From Minisyncoccota bacterium (lineage in GTDB: Bacteria; Patescibacteriota; Minisyncoccia; Phycocordibacterales; DATDWN01): DNA of 64,000 nucleotides. The position numbers were made by a program, and so were the translations under genes. Of this stretch, positions 29,972-39,664 are shown piece by piece. The notes under the pieces were generated by a model. The model was not told the origin of the DNA. It ran no database searches and saw nothing but the letters and a program-made list of their open reading frames with translations. The number at the start of each line of letters is the position of its first letter. Position 1 is the first letter of the stretch. The stretch is from assembly GCA_036517295.1 (NCBI GenBank), contig DATDWZ010000008.1, positions 304 to 64,303 of the forward strand. The letters run 5' to 3'.

Positions 29972-30079
29972 ATAAATTTTCAATTTCTAATTTTCAATTT
30001 TCAAAGATTTGACAGTGAGCGTAAAATTGACATAATAGCCTTAGATTGCGGGATAGAAACCCCATACGAGGAGAAGTCC

Positions 30080-30373
30080 ATGCTCACAGTAACACATGTG
30101 ATCTCAGTCGTTCTGATCCTTACCGGAGTGTTCACCTGGTTCAGAATCTCCAGACGGAACATCCCGCCGGCCACACCTTATCCCGTCGGTTCGGAAATCC
30201 TCCTCGGGAAGGAACTCGTAACGATCGTGGGGCACCGGCACTCCACCAGAAACGGAGACTTCCTGTACGATGTCGAGGGCGAAACGGGTGATCAGGCGGT
30301 GGCACGACATTCAGAAATGTCGTCTATGAAAAAAGTGCGGTCGTCTGGGCAAGAGAAGCAATGGCTACACTAG
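30080..30373 (+). CDS. Small GC-rich membrane-anchored hypothetical protein
   Basis: TTGACA-16-CATAAT promoter (30009-36), GAGGAG Shine-Dalgarno, N-terminal TM helix, and hairpin at 30429-60. Confidence 0.6.
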   Translation: MLTVTHVISVVLILTGVFTWFRISRRNIPPATPYPVGSEILLGKELVTIVGHRHSTRNGDFLYDVEGETGDQAVARHSEMSSMKKVRSSGQEKQWLH

Positions 30374-30478
30374 ACTGGAAACGGTCCGCGTGTCTGCTAC
30401 GAGCGTGAGAAGCATCCCGGCACAATGGCCGCCGAGCAGGAAAACCTGCCGGCGGTTTTCCTGTTATAATGGAAAATC

Positions 30479-32386
30479 ATGCGAATTCTTACAGTCATAC
30501 CCATCAGCAAGGGCATATCCAAAGACACCCTGACCTACTTCACAAGCAAGGATGTGAGTACTGGCTCCATAGTCTCAATCCCCCTCCGAAACAAAACTAT
30601 TTACGGACTGGTAACCGCAAGCAAGGTGGCTCAGGAAATAAAATCCGAACTAAAATCGCTTTCGTACAGTATAAAAAAGATAGAGAAAATAGAGGCCAGA
30701 AACTTTTTGTCAGATGGTTTTATCGAGAGCGCACAGAAAATTGCAGATTATAACGCCGGAAGTGTCGGTGCCGTTTTGTCCGCTCTTATCCCGCGGACCA
30801 TACTGGAAGAAAGCGAGAAGTTGTCCTACACTCCACTGCAAACTCCAAAAAATACATTTCATGAAACCGTACTCCTACAATCGGATGATGAGGAAAGATA
30901 CGCAACATACAGAAGTCTCATACGTGAAGAATTTGCCAAGAATCGAAGCGTTTTTTTCTGTCTACCAACGACCGAGGATTTATTGAACGCCAAATTAACC
31001 CTAGAAAAAGGCATAGAAAAATATACATACATGTTACATTCCGGTTTGTCGAAAAAAGAACTCGTTGGTCTTTGGCAGAACATTATAGACGAACCACACC
31101 CACTGCTTATTATCGCCACAGGTTCTTTCTTGTCTCTACCCCGTCATGATCTCGGCACTATCATATTGGAAAAAGAAAGCTCGCGCGCATACAAAATGCA
31201 GGTGAGGCCGTTCATAGATATCCGTAGTGCCGTAGAAATAATAACCAAACAATTAAGTGTTCGCCTGGTGCTGGGTGATTTATTGCTTCGTACCGAAACG
31301 CTATGGGAAGAAAAGAATGGTCGATACGCGGAACTGTCCCCCCTCAAGTTCCGCTCACTTACAACGGCTGGATGCGAACTTGTCAGCATGCGCGTACCGC
31401 AGGATATGAAGAAAAAAGAGTTCACGATATTTAGTGATAAATTGAAAGATATGATTCGTGAAGCAAAAGAAAACAACGAACACACATTTTTATTTTGTGG
31501 ACGAAAAGGCCTGTACCCCGTAACTGTTTGTAGTGATTGTGGAACCGTTGTGGTGTGTAAAAATTGCAACGCCCCGGTGGTTTTGTACGGCCCTGCTTCG
31601 CGCAAGGCTACGCAGGGTAAGAGAAGCTTGTTCGTATGTAACCATTGTGGAGAGAGGCGTGATGCGGAAGAGTTGTGCGCGCATTGTGGAGGTTGGAGAC
31701 TGAATCCTATGGGACTGGGTATTGATAGGGTAGTCGAAGAAATTAAATCCATGATTCCAGAAGCTAATATAGTACTCATGGACAAAGACCATGTAACTAC
31801 CCATAAACAAGCGGTCAAGGCACGCGACCTTTTTTATTCCACCCCGGGCAGTGTTATGGTCGGCACAGAAATGGCCGCCACCTATCTTAATGAAAAAATA
31901 GAAAATGTGGCTGTCATTTCAATAGATTCATATTTTTCCATACCGGATTTTCAGGTGAATGAAAAAATATTCCATATTCTTTTGGGGCTGCGAGCTTTGG
32001 CAGAGAAAAATCTCCTGTTTCAGACGAGACAAGAGAATACCAAAATATTCGACTATGCTTTGCGCGGAAATCTTCTGGATTTTTATCGTGATGAAATAGA
32101 AGAGCGGGAGTCAATCGGCTATCCACCTTTTGTAACATATATAAAACTCAGTCTTGAAGGAGAAAAAAATGACATAAAAAAGGAAATGGCTAATATTGCT
32201 GACCAGATGAAACCGTACGAGGTCAATATCTTTGATGCATTCAATCCGGGCGGAAAATTAAAGTACACCATACACGGGCTTTTATCTCTCCCACACGGCA
32301 AATGGATGGATAAAATACTTTTGGATAAACTAAGAACGCTTCCACCGCATGTAGCGGTCAGAATAGACCCCGTCACGCTTTTGTGA
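30479..32386 (+). CDS. priA: Primosomal protein N' (PriA) with degenerate ATPase motifs
   Basis: Four CxxC motifs, HSGLS, YPPF and RIDP terminus, in priA-def-fmt order. No GSGKT. Confidence 0.85.
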   Translation: MRILTVIPISKGISKDTLTYFTSKDVSTGSIVSIPLRNKTIYGLVTASKVAQEIKSELKSLSYSIKKIEKIEARNFLSDGFIESAQKIADYNAGSVGAVLSALIPRTILEESEKLSYTPLQTPKNTFHETVLLQSDDEERYATYRSLIREEFAKNRSVFFCLPTTEDLLNAKLTLEKGIEKYTYMLHSGLSKKELVGLWQNIIDEPHPLLIIATGSFLSLPRHDLGTIILEKESSRAYKMQVRPFIDIRSAVEIITKQLSVRLVLGDLLLRTETLWEEKNGRYAELSPLKFRSLTTAGCELVSMRVPQDMKKKEFTIFSDKLKDMIREAKENNEHTFLFCGRKGLYPVTVCSDCGTVVVCKNCNAPVVLYGPASRKATQGKRSLFVCNHCGERRDAEELCAHCGGWRLNPMGLGIDRVVEEIKSMIPEANIVLMDKDHVTTHKQAVKARDLFYSTPGSVMVGTEMAATYLNEKIENVAVISIDSYFSIPDFQVNEKIFHILLGLRALAEKNLLFQTRQENTKIFDYALRGNLLDFYRDEIEERESIGYPPFVTYIKLSLEGEKNDIKKEMANIADQMKPYEVNIFDAFNPGGKLKYTIHGLLSLPHGKWMDKILLDKLRTLPPHVAVRIDPVTLL

Positions 32387-32400
32387 TAAATTAGGGGAAA

Positions 32401-32529
32401 TTGAGAATAATTCTTTCTCACCATATCCTTTTTGGAGTACGCACTTTTTTTGGTAAAAAAGATGCTCGAATCCTCGCGCCGACGGGCTTCTGAGCCTCCA
32501 AAAAGGACACGGCTCAAAGAATTATTCAA
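32401..32529. repeat. Long hairpin element, probable divergent family B member
   Basis: Stem TTGAGAATAATTCTTT..TCCTTTTTGGAG / CTCCAAAAAGGA..AAAGAATTATTCAA, with an internal TCGCGCCGACG motif as in family B. Confidence 0.55.
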
Positions 32530-32539
32530 TTTTATTTAA

Positions 32540-33082
32540 ATGAAAAAAATACTACAAAAAGACTCGCCCATATTACGACAGAAATCTCTGGAGGTTCCGG
32601 TGAAAGATATTAGTTCACCTAAAATCAAAAAGGTTATAAGGGAAATGAAGGAAGCGTTGAACTCCCAGGATGACGGCGTGGCTATCGCTGCTCCGCAGAT
32701 TGGGTATTCCCTTCGGATATTTATCGTCTCAAAGAAGGTCTTTGAGATAAATAAAGCAGTCAAGGAAAATCCTAGGGGGATTAGTTCAACTGGTCTTGTT
32801 TTTATAAATCCGGTCATAAAAAAAGTATCGAAGGAAAAGAAAGGATTGGAAGAAGGGTGTCTGTCGGTTAGATTTTTATACGGTAAGGTTGAGAGAAGTA
32901 ACAAAGCCACCATATCGGCATACAACGAGGCCGGTAAAAAATTCGAAAGGGGCGGAACGGGACTCTTGGCCCAAATATTCCAACACGAAGTGGATCACCT
33001 GAACGGAATCCTGTTTATCGACAAAGCAAAGAGTCTGGAAGAACTGCCACCTGGGCATGGTATAGATGAACCAAAAAAATAA
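32540..33082 (+). CDS. def: Peptide deformylase
   Basis: GVAIAAPQIG, EGCLS and QHEVDHLNG motifs. Confidence 0.95.
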   Translation: MKKILQKDSPILRQKSLEVPVKDISSPKIKKVIREMKEALNSQDDGVAIAAPQIGYSLRIFIVSKKVFEINKAVKENPRGISSTGLVFINPVIKKVSKEKKGLEEGCLSVRFLYGKVERSNKATISAYNEAGKKFERGGTGLLAQIFQHEVDHLNGILFIDKAKSLEELPPGHGIDEPKK

Positions 33083-33946
33083 ATGTCGTCAAAAAATAAT
33101 TCTAGTTGGGCATTTTTCGGCACTTCACTATTTTCCGTAACTATATTGGATGAGTTAAGAAGCGCGGGCTTTGTCCCGAATCTTTTAGTCACGGTCCCGG
33201 ACAAGCCGAAAGGCAGAAAGCTAATACTGACCCCTTCGGATACAAAAATCTGGGCGGAGAAAAACGGTATTCCCGTCTTCCAACCGGAAAAATGGGACGA
33301 AGATGCGGTTTCAAAACTTTCAGATTACAGTTTTCGATTTTTTGTCGTAGCCTCGTATGGAAAAATTATTCCTCGACATATTTTGGATATTCCTAAGCAC
33401 GGCGCTTTGAATGTCCACCCCTCACTCCTACCAACACTACGAGGTCCATCCCCTATAGAGAGCGCCATATTGAAAGAAAGTGGGACCGGTGTGACAATCA
33501 TCAAGCTGGATAAAGAGATGGACCATGGGCCGATAATCGCCCAGGAAAAAGTACTGGTTGATGAGTGGCCTCCATACACCAAAGATCTCGAAAACAAACT
33601 GGGGATGGTCGGCGGACAAATACTGGTAAATGTAATCCCTGATTGGCTTCTCGGAAAAATAAAAGGGATCGAGCAAAATCACAGTCTTGCCACTTTTTGT
33701 AAAAAAATAGAAAAGGAAGATGGAAAAATAAATCTAGCCGACAGCCCTGAAGTAAATCTGAGAAAAATAAGAGCCTACCATATATGGCCGGGAGCTTTTT
33801 ATCTCCATCAATCTGGGAAAAGAGAAATCCGTGTAATCATAAAAAGGGCACATATAGAAAACGGTGCATTGATTTTGGATAGAGTATTGCCAGAGGGTAA
33901 GAAAGAAATGGGTTACAAAGATTTCCTTAGAGGATTAAGAAATTAG
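33083..33946 (+). CDS. fmt: Methionyl-tRNA formyltransferase
   Basis: FFGT, PDKPKGR, NVHPSLLP and MDHGPII motifs. Confidence 0.93.
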   Translation: MSSKNNSSWAFFGTSLFSVTILDELRSAGFVPNLLVTVPDKPKGRKLILTPSDTKIWAEKNGIPVFQPEKWDEDAVSKLSDYSFRFFVVASYGKIIPRHILDIPKHGALNVHPSLLPTLRGPSPIESAILKESGTGVTIIKLDKEMDHGPIIAQEKVLVDEWPPYTKDLENKLGMVGGQILVNVIPDWLLGKIKGIEQNHSLATFCKKIEKEDGKINLADSPEVNLRKIRAYHIWPGAFYLHQSGKREIRVIIKRAHIENGALILDRVLPEGKKEMGYKDFLRGLRN

Positions 33947-34100
33947 TATTAATAATCATCTATTGACTGGAGAGAAAGATTTTCTGCGGTAGCTTCGGCT
34001 TTTTGCATAACATACAAAAGCACGATGGTTATTATAATGCAACCGAAGACAAAGATTACTAAAAAAGAATTGGCTTTTTGTTGCAATTTACCAATATTTA

Positions 34101-34478
34101 TCATCTCCTTCGTTTAAAGTTAATCCTTTTTAGTATCTCTTTCATCCTAATCGCTCCCTTCTTGAATAAAGTCTTGTATTTATTTTTTCGGGAAACTATG
34201 GCTCGTTCGGCCTCATCGCGAACTATATCTATGGCAGTATATAAATCTATTTCTTCCGCAACAACATATACCTGTTTATTCCCCGGTTGGAGTATGTTTA
34301 CCTCCGCCTTGAATATATCCCCCGATTTGTGATGCTTTGTAGTTCTACCTATCTCGACTTCACACAGAGTCCCATTTTTCACATTCAGAAACTTCTCCAG
34401 CGAAGATATTTTACTCGTTACATAATCCTTTATCGACGGTGTTAAGTCAAAATTTTTTGAGCGAATTTTAATTTGCAT
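34101..34478 (-). CDS. hpf: Ribosome hibernation factor (HPF/RaiA family)
   Basis: NFDLTPSIKDYV..KI..LEKF and DLYTAID motifs. Confidence 0.85.
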   Translation of the reverse strand: MQIKIRSKNFDLTPSIKDYVTSKISSLEKFLNVKNGTLCEVEIGRTTKHHKSGDIFKAEVNILQPGNKQVYVVAEEIDLYTAIDIVRDEAERAIVSRKNKYKTLFKKGAIRMKEILKRINFKRRR

Positions 34479-34597
34479 ATACATACTATTATACACTGTC
34501 AAAAAAGGCCGACAAGGAATTGCATTACTTCATATTTTTGCTATTATCTCTAAGTGCATAAAAAATGCATATGTTAATTTGAAAACGGTTAGTAAGC

Positions 34598-34915
34598 TCC
34601 GGTGTAGCTCAGTGGTAGAGCAATCGCCTGTACCGAAAGGTTGTGCAGCTTCCTAAAGTAATTTAGGATGAAAAATGAGGTGAATTCGGGGAACCCCACA
34701 GTTTAATAGCTGAGGGCAATCCCGAGCCAAGTCCCGAGAGAAATCGAGGGAAAGGTGTAGAGACTATCTCGTAAGAGAGTAGCCGTCACGCAAGTGAGTA
34801 GGCGAAGCGCCCCACATCCCACTCAGAAATGAAGGATGATGATATAGTCCAGACCAAAGGCAACTTTGGATAAAATGTAAGCGATTGGTCGTAGGTTCGA
34901 TCCCTACCGCCGGAG
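34598..34915 (+). tRNA. tRNA-Asn(GUU) split by an intron (exon 1 34598-34631, exon 2 34878-34915); CCA not encoded
   Basis: Joined exons give a full cloverleaf: acceptor TCCGGTG/CGCCGGA, D stem GCTC/GAGC, anticodon stem ATCGC/GCGAT with loop CT-GTT-AA, T arm GTAGG-TTCGATC-CCTAC, and G73. Confidence 0.92.
34632..34877 (+). ncRNA. Group I self-splicing intron (246 nt, no homing endonuclease)
   Basis: The 5' exon ends in U, paired with G in P1 (CTGTAC/GTGCAG). P (AATTCGGGGAA), Q (AATCCCGAGC), R (GTAGAGACTA) and S (GATATAGTCC) elements are present, and the terminal G is at 34877. Confidence 0.92.
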
Positions 34916-36562
34916 CAATGGTCGTGAAAGAGGTATAATTTGCCTCTGTCGTGGCTTTACCAGGGACTTTTTTGAGGTTCGAAAATGATTTCGAGGCTCC
35001 GGAAGTTCCACAAATGGTTGAGAACTCGTTTTTAACAAGGAACCGCCAGCCGTAAGGGTTTTGGTGGTTTTTTGTGCTTGTTCGAAAGTTTTCTCTTGAT
35101 CTAGTCGTTGCTGTACTCTTTCCGCAAGTTTCTGAACTGGAGTTTTCATTGTCGGAGTTACTTCTTTATCTGTAAGTATTAAGTTCGAAAAGATATGACT
35201 CAAAAGTAATCTTCTGTCTTCGGGAGACCTTTTCTCGTATATCTCTCTTGCTCTCCTAGCAAGGTCAATTATATTCAACCAGATTTCAAAATACTTTGCT
35301 TCTTCAGTCTTAATCCTACCAAGTTGTTCTATCACAGCATTTTGCTCTTCTATTATTTCCTTATTTTTTATCTCCCAACGCTCTCTTGTAATTCTCTCAT
35401 CAAGACGGTCATCATATACGTTATCTAAACGTCTCTGTAGTGAGCTGTAGCGGTCGTTAAGCCCCTTGATAGCACTTTCCTTGTACTCTATCTCTTGGGC
35501 GTGGTTTTCCTTAATTTTAACCTTAATTTGCTCTGCCTCTTCTGGTGTTATGGTTTCAAAGAACTTAAAGACTCCAAAGAGTTTGTCTTCGAGTTCCTTT
35601 TCCGGTGCATACTTTTTCTGAGAGCAGTTTCGGTAATGATTGCAGTGATAATAGACTATTCCTTTCTGTATTTCTGCCGTAATAGTCCCACTACATTCTC
35701 CACAGATAAACATTTTTCTAAATTGAAACTCGTGGCGGTTAAAGTGAGGAGTCTTTTTACCCATTCTAATATCTCTAACCTTTTCAAATAACTCTTTGGT
35801 GATAAGGGGTTCGTGAGACCCATTACTAAAAACCTCATCATTCCATTCCATCGCTCCATAGTAAAAAGGATTATTAAGAATACTCTCAATAACACTTTTT
35901 ACCATCTTCTTACCAGATCGAGTCCGAAATCCCTCTTTGTAAAACATCTCAATCACGGCTTTCATAGAATAGTTACCAGAACCATAAAGTTCAAACATCC
36001 TTTTTACGAATGGAGCGATTTCTTGATCTATTATGTGTGTTTTATGTCCCTTCTCACCAATGGTTTTATATCCGAGTGGAGGTTTTGTTGGTAACCACCC
36101 TTGAGCAAGTTTTTCTTTCTGACCCTTTTTTACCTCTTCAGATAGATTTGAAATAAACTTCTTAGCTAGAACTATTTCAATATCCCAGCGAAACTTTTCG
36201 TCAGATTTAGCGTTCTTATGGATAATCAGATTTTGCTTAACAAAATGTATTTGCCTAGAAACATCTCCCTCAACCCAATCGTTAATCGCTAGTGCTTCCT
36301 TGAAGTTGCGAGTAAGTCTATCTACTTTCTCACAGAGTAATATATTTACTTTATTTTTTTCCAAAAACTCTAACATTTCTGCAAAAACCACTCGTTGTTT
36401 TGCACCACTTGCTGACTCTGCAATCGAAAAGACTTTTATCATCTGAAAATCTTTTCGCTGAGCATATTCCTCCATAAGTTTAACCTGTGATGGCAAAGAA
36501 TAACCTGTTTCTTCTTGTTCTTTTGATGAAACTCTACAATAACTAACTGCTTTTATTTTCAT
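34904..36562 (-). CDS. Large serine recombinase (integrase)
   Basis: YCRVSS catalytic motif, DRLTRN, PPLGY, LNNPFYYG, HEPLI and zinc ribbon CGEC..YYHC. Confidence 0.93.
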   Translation of the reverse strand: MKIKAVSYCRVSSKEQEETGYSLPSQVKLMEEYAQRKDFQMIKVFSIAESASGAKQRVVFAEMLEFLEKNKVNILLCEKVDRLTRNFKEALAINDWVEGDVSRQIHFVKQNLIIHKNAKSDEKFRWDIEIVLAKKFISNLSEEVKKGQKEKLAQGWLPTKPPLGYKTIGEKGHKTHIIDQEIAPFVKRMFELYGSGNYSMKAVIEMFYKEGFRTRSGKKMVKSVIESILNNPFYYGAMEWNDEVFSNGSHEPLITKELFEKVRDIRMGKKTPHFNRHEFQFRKMFICGECSGTITAEIQKGIVYYHCNHYRNCSQKKYAPEKELEDKLFGVFKFFETITPEEAEQIKVKIKENHAQEIEYKESAIKGLNDRYSSLQRRLDNVYDDRLDERITRERWEIKNKEIIEEQNAVIEQLGRIKTEEAKYFEIWLNIIDLARRAREIYEKRSPEDRRLLLSHIFSNLILTDKEVTPTMKTPVQKLAERVQQRLDQEKTFEQAQKTTKTLTAGGSLLKTSSQPFVELPEPRNHFRTSKKSLVKPRQRQIIPLSRPLLRR

Positions 36563-36818
36563 ATATATATTTATATTATCACTTTTTAATAATCAGCTAC
36601 AGTCCGACTTCTACCTTCTGATACTATCAACAGGTAGTGGACTCTTATGTATCAGATAACTATGAGCGAGTTTTGTGATAACCTTTTCGTAAATTATTTT
36701 ACGTTTTATATATCCAACCCCGTTCTGAACTATTCCGATACTCTTCAGATGGCAGGGCGAGAAGTCGGACACTCGTTTTCCCTGCTTTCGCAAGAGTACC
36801 TGAACACCCCTTATAGGA

Positions 36819-37091
36819 CTAAACGTCCTGTTTTAAAGAACAAGTTTTACCTGATGTCCTTATAGCAGGTTTGTTATCTAAATTGTCTTCCGTTTGCGAC
36901 ACGGGCTCTCTGGGGTTGGTCAAAGAGCTTGTGTCGATAACCGAATATTCGTTTTTCTTATCTTCGTAATCAAACCTTGATAACAAATCAAAGAAAGACG
37001 CCAACCCATTTATTTCTTCTCCGCTCAAAATTGAACTAACAGATTTTTCTGTATCAACTTCATTATTAAAGTTTTGAGATTTCACTGTCAT
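36819..37091 (-). CDS. Small hypothetical protein upstream of the integrase (possible directionality factor)
   Basis: 90-aa ORF co-oriented with the recombinase; role inferred from position only. Confidence 0.4.
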   Translation of the reverse strand: MTVKSQNFNNEVDTEKSVSSILSGEEINGLASFFDLLSRFDYEDKKNEYSVIDTSSLTNPREPVSQTEDNLDNKPAIRTSGKTCSLKQDV

Positions 37092-37287
37092 TTCAATTTT
37101 TGATAAACAAAAACACCACCCTTTTAGGTGGTTAATTTACGTACAGCAAAAGAGCCCCTTGATTGGGTAACTGTATCGGATTATTTAGTAGAGCGAAGTT
37201 TCCATCGGAAACTCACAGTAGCTTGATAACTTAATTATACCCTTTCACAACAGAATAGCAATCACATCTTATCCACTTATTCTATAC

Positions 37288-39663
37288 CTAGAACAAGTCC
37301 TCAAACGGTCTCCATTCCTTACTGTCATTTACTGACTGTCTTTCCCTAAAGGAATACTTCGGACTATCGTTGTAATACCAAAGTCCTGCTTCTTGTACCG
37401 CAATACCACCTACAAACTTTTTACCAAATTGCTTGAGCTTAGCTTGCAATGATTTTGCCTTATCAGCGGTATCTGTACTTGTTGCGGTATCTCCTTTCTT
37501 CGTATCAAAAATACCTATACGACCATCAGAGAAGCGAATAATCCAGTCAGGATAAAACAGGTTTTCTTCTTTTGTTGATGAGTTTGTATATTTAATGCCT
37601 AGATAGTTTTTTCCTTGATCGCCGTTTTTGAACCACCAATCAATCTTCCCTTTTTTCTTTTCCAAGTACTCGACAAAAGCAATTTCATTTTTGCGTCCAT
37701 TATAATCTTCTAATAAGTAGAACTTGTCTAATACACATAACTTTTGAGGGACAACCTTATAATCTTCAGGATACCGATATTCTTCTTGTATAGTAAAAGT
37801 ATATGCTTGCTGTTCTTCTATCTTCTTTTTCTTGTCAGTGAGTAAACTATCTGAAATTGGTTTGTAAGCTCTAAGTGCCTTTGTTATTGCCGGACGAAAC
37901 TTACTTTCAGTACCTTTACGAATATCTTTAATAAATATCTTGTACCAAAAAATATGGTCATCAAGTAAAACTGTCTTAAACCAAACACGAAGTGCTTGTT
38001 TTAACACTGACCAAGAACGAGCTATGTTAGAGTATCTAGCTTTGTCGTCTTCTTGTTCTTTCAAGATTTGGTAACAAAGATAGTTGAATGTTTTTTCAAC
38101 ATCACTCACTGACATTTCAAGAGAAACATCACTACCTTTCTTTTTGAAATCAAAAGCAAGGTTATCGTAGTCCTCAAAACGAGCATTGGCTATAACTTCA
38201 TTTACTAAAGTATTACTAAGATCCAGCCCTGCCTTTTTTAATTTTATCTCTGATTTACCTAAAATATCTTTCTCACTAATACCAAAATGCTTGTTTAATT
38301 CTATTCTAAAAACTTTTTGGAACTCTGAAGATACACGAATATCTCCGTAATCTAAGCGAGAAATATAATCAGAAGGCAACTCTATATTACTTATTCCTTT
38401 TTTTATATGTGCAGTTTCTGTAAGAGCTTTATTCGCAGGGTTTTGATCTGGTATTACTACTTCCTTACGCTTATAGTTTGTATATAGATAACCCAATCGG
38501 AGGTTAGGATTATTTTTGTAATCTTCTTTTGCTTGAGGTTCAGGCATTCGCAAAATACGCCCAACAGTTTGAGTATAAAAAGTATTTGATTGTATCTCTC
38601 TAAACATCACAAGTACCGATGCACGAGGACAGTCCCAACCATTACCAGCAGTTTGTTTGAAGATCAGAAAATCGTGTTCATCGTCATTTTCTTCTAGCCC
38701 CTTCGGTTTATCTTGTCCCTTAGACCATTTTGCAATTTTATGTTCAGGTACTTTCATTCTAACAAGATAATCTGTAACAATTTTTTCCTTTGTCTGTTCG
38801 CCTTTTTCTATTAACTTACTGTCGTCATTCGGTATTTGTATTAACATTAAAGGATTTATTTCTTTCCCGAGTGCCTTAAGTTCAGCTTTTAATTCTTCTC
38901 TTTTATTTATTCCATTTTCAAGAAGAACTCTATCAAGGTCTTTACCGGACATACCCTTAAAATCTTCATCTGTTTGAGTAACAATAGCTTCTTTTATTAA
39001 ACCTTGATCAACCACTTCTTTTCTTGGGACTTCATAATAACTACCAAGACGGCGAGCATCCAGTTCGTCATCTCGGTTTGGTGTAGCTGTAATGTGAAGA
39101 ATTACCTTAGGATCAATCATCTCGATAATATCCTTTGCGAGCCTCGTGTCTTTGTTTTTATGGGCTTCATCAATAACTAAAATAATCTGCCTGCCATCAG
39201 CGTGTGTTTGCTCAATTACATCCTCAAAGTATTTACCCGTTTCTTTTATCCACTCTTCATCTTCAGGACGGCGAAGTAATCTTGTTTCTGCACTTTTAGC
39301 AGTAACTTTTTGCCAATTCAAAAACAAAATATCATTTTGATATAGTTTGCCTTGATTTATATCTGCAACAGTCAAAGCTCTGTTTTCAAGCATATTTTCA
39401 AAATACTCAAGAAACTTACCTTTACTTTGCATAGCCAAATCATCACTGAAAGTAATCCAAATAAATGCCTTGTCTTCTTTCCATTGTGGTAAATGATTAA
39501 GGCCACGAATAAAGAGTGAGGTCATAAAGGTTTTACCGCTACCAGTTGGCGATTTGAAAACAATAGGTAATTGTCTGCCTTGTTGTTTCCATATCGCTAC
39601 AAACATATCTGTAAGATTTTCTACAGCAGTTTTTTGGAATTGTAATGGATTAAATGTTTTCAT
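37288..39663 (-). CDS. res: Type III restriction endonuclease Res subunit
   Basis: SPTGSGKT, DEAH, GWDCPR, QTVGRILR and a C-terminal YPDW..IFDTK nuclease motif. Confidence 0.88.
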   Translation of the reverse strand: MKTFNPLQFQKTAVENLTDMFVAIWKQQGRQLPIVFKSPTGSGKTFMTSLFIRGLNHLPQWKEDKAFIWITFSDDLAMQSKGKFLEYFENMLENRALTVADINQGKLYQNDILFLNWQKVTAKSAETRLLRRPEDEEWIKETGKYFEDVIEQTHADGRQIILVIDEAHKNKDTRLAKDIIEMIDPKVILHITATPNRDDELDARRLGSYYEVPRKEVVDQGLIKEAIVTQTDEDFKGMSGKDLDRVLLENGINKREELKAELKALGKEINPLMLIQIPNDDSKLIEKGEQTKEKIVTDYLVRMKVPEHKIAKWSKGQDKPKGLEENDDEHDFLIFKQTAGNGWDCPRASVLVMFREIQSNTFYTQTVGRILRMPEPQAKEDYKNNPNLRLGYLYTNYKRKEVVIPDQNPANKALTETAHIKKGISNIELPSDYISRLDYGDIRVSSEFQKVFRIELNKHFGISEKDILGKSEIKLKKAGLDLSNTLVNEVIANARFEDYDNLAFDFKKKGSDVSLEMSVSDVEKTFNYLCYQILKEQEDDKARYSNIARSWSVLKQALRVWFKTVLLDDHIFWYKIFIKDIRKGTESKFRPAITKALRAYKPISDSLLTDKKKKIEEQQAYTFTIQEEYRYPEDYKVVPQKLCVLDKFYLLEDYNGRKNEIAFVEYLEKKKGKIDWWFKNGDQGKNYLGIKYTNSSTKEENLFYPDWIIRFSDGRIGIFDTKKGDTATSTDTADKAKSLQAKLKQFGKKFVGGIAVQEAGLWYYNDSPKYSFRERQSVNDSKEWRPFEDLF

Positions 39664-39664
39664 A

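Noticed and set aside
34598-34640. tRNA-Tyr (GUA) or tRNA pseudogene
   Set aside because: GTA arises only from reading into the intron. Splicing gives GTT and a short variable loop, consistent with Asn.
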